Shown here one piece after another: positions 59,918-64,000 of a stretch of 64,000 bases of DNA (position 1 is the first letter of the stretch; the number at the start of each line of letters is the position of its first letter). The DNA lies in NCBI GenBank assembly GCA_037142555.1, contig JBAXAJ010000001.1, positions 14,835 through 78,834 on the forward strand, in the 5' to 3' direction. The stretch comes from Candidatus Shapirobacteria bacterium (GTDB taxonomy: Bacteria > Patescibacteriota > Microgenomatia > UBA12405). The translations under genes were made by a program, and so were the position numbers. The notes beneath the pieces are model-generated. The model was given only the letters and a program-made list of their open reading frames with translations, was not told the DNA's origin and ran no database searches.

Positions 59918-61330
59918 ATGACTGATAATAAAAATTTTCAAGTCAGGCCTCCAATTGTCGCCGTGATGGGACACATTGATCATGGTAAAACTTCAATCCT
60001 AGACAAAATCCGATCGACAAATGTTTTCAAAAAAGAAGCTGGCGGCATTACTCAACATATTGGTGCCTATCAAGCTAATGGAATCACTTTCATCGACACT
60101 CCTGGACACGCTGCTTTCATAAACATGCGCACTTGTGGTGCTAAAGTCACTGACATGATTGTTCTAGTCATTTCTGCAGTTGAAGGCATAATGCCTCAAA
60201 CTAAAGAATGCATCGAACACATCAAAAAACTAGACATTCCTTTTATTGTTGCCATGAATAAAATGGATCTCGACAATGCTGCTCCAGACAAAGTTAAAGG
60301 TCAACTTGTCGAACTAGGCTACACTCCAGAAGAATATGGTGGTCAAATTGCTGTCATTCCAGTTTCAGCCAAAACCGGCAAAGGTCTTGAAGATTTAATG
60401 GAAATGATTCTTTTAAATGCTGAAATTTTAGAATTAAAAGCCGATCCTACCGGCCCTTTTGAAGCTGTGATTATCGAATCCAGACTCGATAAAAATCGTG
60501 GTCCAGTTGCTTCTCTAATTGTCAAAAGCGGCACTCTAAGAACTGGTGACATTGTCTATTCCGAAGACATTCTTTGTAAAGTTAAAGCTATGATTGACTG
60601 TAATGGTCAAAACTTAAAAGAAGCTGGCCCTAGCACTCCAATTGAAGTTCTTGGTTTTGAAAAAGTTCCTATGGTTAGCAGCCTAGTTCTTTCTCATAAA
60701 ACCGAATCTCTTCTAGAAAATAGAGAGCCAAAAGTTCTACTTGAATCCACTGAAGAAAATCCAAAATTAAAAGTAATTTTAAAAGCCGATGTCAAAGGCA
60801 CACTCGAAGCTCTAGAAAATAGCTTCAATGATGATGTTATCGTAATTTCTGCCGGAATTGGCTCAGTCAGTGACAATGATGTTTTCATGGCTGAAGCTTC
60901 AAAAGCTCAAATTTTTGCCTTCAACGTTCCTAGTCAAAAACATATCACTCAAATTGCTGAATCAGCTAAAGTCAGAATTTTTGAATCAAGAATTATCTAT
61001 GAAATCATCGAAGACATTCAAAACCAAGTTCTAAAACTATTAGAACCAACTATTGATGAAACTGTTCTTGGAGAAGCTTTGATTAAAGCTGAATTCAAGA
61101 TAGATAAAGTCAGAATTGCCGGTCTCCAAATAGTCAAAGGTGAAATCACAAAAGGGGATTTAATCCATCTTAAACGCGACGGTAAAATCATTAAAGATAC
61201 TAAGGTAGAAGGAATTCATCAAGAAAAAAGCATTATTGAAAAAATCAAATCAGGCGGAGAATGTGGCATGACTTTTAAGCCATATGTTGATTTTAAACTA
61301 AATGATGTTATAATAGCCTATAAGACTTAA
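59918..61330 (+). CDS. infB: Translation initiation factor IF-2, minimal form beginning at the G domain
   Basis: RPPIVAVMGHIDHGKTSILD G1 motif. DTPGH. NKMD. 470 aa, compared with the typical 700-900. Confidence 0.9.
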   Translation: MTDNKNFQVRPPIVAVMGHIDHGKTSILDKIRSTNVFKKEAGGITQHIGAYQANGITFIDTPGHAAFINMRTCGAKVTDMIVLVISAVEGIMPQTKECIEHIKKLDIPFIVAMNKMDLDNAAPDKVKGQLVELGYTPEEYGGQIAVIPVSAKTGKGLEDLMEMILLNAEILELKADPTGPFEAVIIESRLDKNRGPVASLIVKSGTLRTGDIVYSEDILCKVKAMIDCNGQNLKEAGPSTPIEVLGFEKVPMVSSLVLSHKTESLLENREPKVLLESTEENPKLKVILKADVKGTLEALENSFNDDVIVISAGIGSVSDNDVFMAEASKAQIFAFNVPSQKHITQIAESAKVRIFESRIIYEIIEDIQNQVLKLLEPTIDETVLGEALIKAEFKIDKVRIAGLQIVKGEITKGDLIHLKRDGKIIKDTKVEGIHQEKSIIEKIKSGGECGMTFKPYVDFKLNDVIIAYKT

Positions 61331-61358
61331 TTAAAGTCTAATAGTAAGCAGGACTATT

Positions 61359-62147
61359 ATGAAAAACTATAAAATAGATGAAGTCAAAAATTTATTGTCC
61401 AATGCAAAAACAGCCTTAATTGCCGTTCCTCAATTGAGTGTCGACAGTGCTGGTTCTGCTCTAGCTTTAGCTATAGCTCTTAAAAAAGCTAACATTGACG
61501 CTAAAGTTTATTGTCCTCAAATCCCAGATGCTAATTATTCTAAACTTAGTGGTCTAGAACTTATTTCCAACGTTTACGAACAAAATGACTTAGTTGTCAC
61601 TTTAAACTATCCTTTGGATAAAATCGATCAAGTTTCCTACAATGATGACGGTGGTCACCTAAATTTAGTTGTTAAAACTAAAGAAGGTTCTCCAAAAGTT
61701 GAAAATGATCAAATAATCGTCAATAATCAATCAGCTCTAGCTGATGTTAATTTCATGCTTGGTGATGAATCATCTCTTGGTCCTAACACTGCCATGGTTA
61801 ACAAAGGTAACTGGATTTTTGTTTCTCCAACTAACATTCCAAAAACTTGGGCTAAAGCTACAATTGTTGATCAAGATGCTCCTTTTTCTGAAATTTTCAC
61901 CTTTTTACTTCCAATGTTAGGTCTAAAATTAGACCAAGATTCAGGTAAAAACCTTTTAATTGCTCTAAGAGTTGCTACTCAATCTTTTTCAATCAATGTT
62001 TCTCCAGAAACTTTTGAAGCTGGTGCAATTTGTTTAAGAGCTACTCAACCATCTGAAGCTGCTCCTCAAGCTGTTCAAATAACCGAACCAGTTCAAGATA
62101 ACCAAGTAAATCAATCAACTCAATTTAATTCTGTTCCAACAGTTTAA
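61359..62147 (+). CDS. Hypothetical protein, possibly a degenerate DHH/NrnA-like phosphoesterase homolog
   Basis: The N-terminal LIAVPQLSVDSAGSALALAIALKKANIDAKVY resembles the NrnA DGDALGS...L.KLGK region but lacks the second Asp. No DHH triad was found. Its position after infB matches nrnA synteny in some lineages. Confidence 0.3.
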   Translation: MKNYKIDEVKNLLSNAKTALIAVPQLSVDSAGSALALAIALKKANIDAKVYCPQIPDANYSKLSGLELISNVYEQNDLVVTLNYPLDKIDQVSYNDDGGHLNLVVKTKEGSPKVENDQIIVNNQSALADVNFMLGDESSLGPNTAMVNKGNWIFVSPTNIPKTWAKATIVDQDAPFSEIFTFLLPMLGLKLDQDSGKNLLIALRVATQSFSINVSPETFEAGAICLRATQPSEAAPQAVQITEPVQDNQVNQSTQFNSVPTV

Positions 62148-62164
62148 AAAATAAAATTTCAAAA

Positions 62165-62188
62165 GCCTCCGAGTTTCGGGGGTTTTTT
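62165..62188 (+). terminator. Intrinsic terminator after the DHH-like gene
   Basis: GCCTCCGA gtt TCGGGGG stem (7 bp including one G-U) and a T6 run. Confidence 0.65.
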
Positions 62189-62229
62189 GTGCCTTTTTTC
62201 TATATGTTAAAATCACTTGTACGTTGAAA

Positions 62230-62722
62230 ATCAGGTGTGAGAAAGTAAAAAAGAAAAAGGAGGGAAAGGTTATGAGTAATGAAATAATTACTGTGAAGAA
62301 ACACCAAATCGTCGAAGGGATGAACAGAATAGGTAAAAAACTAAACAGCAACAAAGAGGTTACTCAAAAAGTTAGAGATTTAAATGATGCTGTTTATAAA
62401 ATTAATGAACATTTACTTCTAAGAGTGGAAGACAGTGAATTCATTGATTCTTTTTTAATTTTTGTAAAAAAAATTGAAGAAAAACTTGAAGGAGTAAAAG
62501 AGCAATCAGATAATAATGAAGATTTAATATCAGTTTATTTAAAAATATTTGAAGATAATTCCCATGTTATAACTCCAAAATTCTCTGATGCTTTGTCTGT
62601 ATTCTTAACAAGAGTTAATGAAATGATTGATTAAATTTTCACTGGTGGTGTTGGGGCAATTAATATTGCTTTTGTTGTTTCAACACTACCAAACTCTCTT
62701 TCTAAAACCCCTCACACCTGAT
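62230..62722. repeat. 12-bp perfect inverted repeat pair ATCAGGTGTGAG (62230-62241) / CTCACACCTGAT (62711-62722) bracketing a single small gene
   Basis: The two copies are exact reverse complements. The GC-balanced 12-mer is unusual for this AT-rich genome. The downstream copy is followed by a T9 run. Confidence 0.5.
62272..62634 (+). CDS. Hypothetical protein (120 aa, helical, acidic)
   Basis: The ATG at 62272 is preceded by AAAGGAGGG. The track ORF from 62224 is an upstream extension. No recognisable domain. Atypical codon usage (agg, ggg, gtg). Confidence 0.45.
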   Translation: MSNEIITVKKHQIVEGMNRIGKKLNSNKEVTQKVRDLNDAVYKINEHLLLRVEDSEFIDSFLIFVKKIEEKLEGVKEQSDNNEDLISVYLKIFEDNSHVITPKFSDALSVFLTRVNEMID

Positions 62723-62757
62723 ATTTTTTTTATATAACACTAGTTTATAATTTATAT

Positions 62758-63777
62758 ATGTCAGAAAATAAAAACAGTCAGCCACCTCAAGAATTGACAG
62801 TCTCAGAACCAAGAACCATAGAATATGACATTCCTTATATACAACTTCCTCAGGGTGATCAATCTGGAGAGATGGGCCACAACGAAGCATCAAGTGAACA
62901 ATTAAAAGAGTTTTTCACACCAGAAATGATTTCTAGATTAGTATATTGTCCTCAAATTAATGTCGATCAAACCGATAATTGGGGATCTTATGGATACGAA
63001 CCAGGATACATTTTTGTAAATAGCAGTAATTATAAAGGGGCTCAAACATTTAACGATGATGAAATGTTGCACGCTGAAACTTTTGACAGTTTCACCACTA
63101 AAAATGGTTTTAATGTTCTTAAATTAGTCAAAGATCATTATGATTTTTTCCCTCAAGCTAAATTTAATACGCAAATAATAACTGCTGAAAAATATCCCAA
63201 AACTTTTATTTTTTTAAGAAACTTATTAGATGGGGTTGAACCTAATGACATATCTACATATCCAATTGAAGATTTAAATTATATGTATGAAGATCTTTGG
63301 CATGGGAAACTTGGTATTGATGTTCGCGTTGAACAAACTGAAGAATATGCAGAGGAACAAAATAATTTAATAAACGATCCAATTAATAATTTTATCCCTA
63401 CATACATTGACCATCGAGGGATAGAAGTTCCAATGCCAGAATATAATGATGACAAGGAAAAAGCAAATTTACAGAAACGTATAGAAGAGATAGATGAATG
63501 GAAGCTAGAATCACCAGGAAGGACATTAAAACGTTTGCAACTGGTGGAAGAATTTCAAAAAAGAAATTTAATTCCTAATCACAAATTTTTCGCTTCATTT
63601 GAAGAAGAAAATGACTCAATAAAAAAAGATATAGAACAAGCTAAAATAAGCGGGAATAATGAGTTAGCTGAAGGAATTGAAAACACTTTTAATAAAACAA
63701 AATTTTATTTAGAGAATAATACCTATAAAAAATTAAATCAAAACCAAGAAGATATAAAATTATTAACAGATAAATAA
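62758..63777 (+). CDS. Hypothetical protein (339 aa, acidic, soluble)
   Basis: No TM helix and no recognisable motif. Codon style is similar to the preceding small gene and to pyrF/pyrE. Confidence 0.5.
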   Translation: MSENKNSQPPQELTVSEPRTIEYDIPYIQLPQGDQSGEMGHNEASSEQLKEFFTPEMISRLVYCPQINVDQTDNWGSYGYEPGYIFVNSSNYKGAQTFNDDEMLHAETFDSFTTKNGFNVLKLVKDHYDFFPQAKFNTQIITAEKYPKTFIFLRNLLDGVEPNDISTYPIEDLNYMYEDLWHGKLGIDVRVEQTEEYAEEQNNLINDPINNFIPTYIDHRGIEVPMPEYNDDKEKANLQKRIEEIDEWKLESPGRTLKRLQLVEEFQKRNLIPNHKFFASFEEENDSIKKDIEQAKISGNNELAEGIENTFNKTKFYLENNTYKKLNQNQEDIKLLTDK

Positions 63778-63868
63778 TTTTTCATGTTATAATCAAAGCT
63801 GACTATTCGTCGGTCTTTTGGTAGCCATTCCAAAACATTAAAAATTAACCGATAATAGCCAAATATCT

Positions 63869-64000
63869 ATGGCATTAACCAAAGAAGAAAAACAAGAAAT
63901 TATTACAAAACACGCTCAAGCTAAGGGTGACACTGGTTCTCCAGAAATCCAAATTGCTATTCTAAGTAAAGAAGTCGAAAAACTCCAAGGACATCTAGGT
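63869..64000 (+). CDS. rpsO: 30S ribosomal protein S15, N-terminal 44 codons (runs off window end)
   Basis: MALTKEEKQEIITKHAQAKGDTGSPEIQIAILSKEVEKLQGHLG matches the S15 DTGS.E.Q.A.L...I..L..H motif. Confidence 0.8.
   Translation, partial: MALTKEEKQEIITKHAQAKGDTGSPEIQIAILSKEVEKLQGHLG

Noticed and set aside
62230-62722. Interpretation of the 12-bp inverted repeat as an IS or MITE
   Set aside because: No transposase, no target-site duplication, and only 12 bp of terminal identity. I keep it as an unexplained flanking repeat rather than a mobile-element call.
1-64000. CRISPR arrays or tandem repeats
   Set aside because: No regularly spaced direct repeats were seen. Low-complexity stretches are coding (PT-rich stalk at 30840-30990, RGG regions).

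Overview
The window is low-GC (roughly 30%), densely coding, and uses the standard genetic code. TGA serves as a stop codon at two overlapping gene junctions (map/folD and rarA/HAD), which rules out a UGA-recoded code. I found no rRNA, tRNA, CRISPR array, transposase or integrase. Several core genes are domain-minimal: IF2 lacks the N-terminal region, HrcA and GrpE are short, DnaJ lacks the zinc finger, MetG is short, and 2-oxoacid:ferredoxin oxidoreductase has only two subunits. Together with abundant GT-C membrane glycosyltransferases and pilus-like proteins, this suggests a reduced-genome, fermentative, possibly episymbiotic bacterium (a Patescibacteria/CPR-like organism, by inference).

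In window order the genes are:
- pflA (partial) and pflB, the pyruvate formate-lyase system
- an HD-domain protein, purB, an RRM/RGG RNA-binding protein, mscL, and a LepB signal peptidase fused to a CAP-like domain
- pyrG
- a GT39/ArnT-like glycosyltransferase with a polysaccharide deacetylase
- rarA, a HAD hydrolase, an alkyltransferase-like protein (ATL) with PFHR in place of PCHR, and an AlkD-like protein
- a secreted beta-helix protein
- a CDA-fold deaminase, a DEAD-box helicase with an RGG-rich N-terminus, and korA/korB
- a SAM methyltransferase, an SdpI-like membrane protein, map, folD, and small membrane or thioredoxin-like ORFs
- tatD, metG and rpsT on the minus strand
- a 17-kb plus-strand string: murJ, PilN/PilO-like proteins, a surface protein, a UbiA-family DPPR-synthase-like prenyl-phosphate phosphoribosyltransferase, two GT-C glycosyltransferases, a PAP2 phosphatase, a YYY-domain GT-C-like protein, pcrA, FemAB and gatCAB
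- an HD protein, an AddA-like UvrD-helicase/RecB-nuclease, dut, rmuC
- a fused pyrD-pyrK and pyrC on the minus strand
- pyrF and pyrE, which are compositionally distinct from the rest of the window
- hrcA (with promoter and CIRCE-like element), grpE, dnaK, dnaJ, then nusA, infB, a degenerate DHH-like gene, two unknown genes, and a partial rpsO

The best candidates for undescribed biology are:
- (i) the UbiA(DPPR-synthase-like) + PAP2 + multi-GT-C cluster, which resembles the first steps of mycobacterial decaprenyl-phospho-ribose/arabinose donor synthesis
- (ii) the orphan PilN/PilO-like pair with a sorted Fn3 surface protein, preceded by a perfect start-codon-overlapping inverted repeat
- (iii) a two-gene insert with atypical codon usage between the infB-associated genes and rpsO, whose first gene is flanked by a 12-bp perfect inverted repeat
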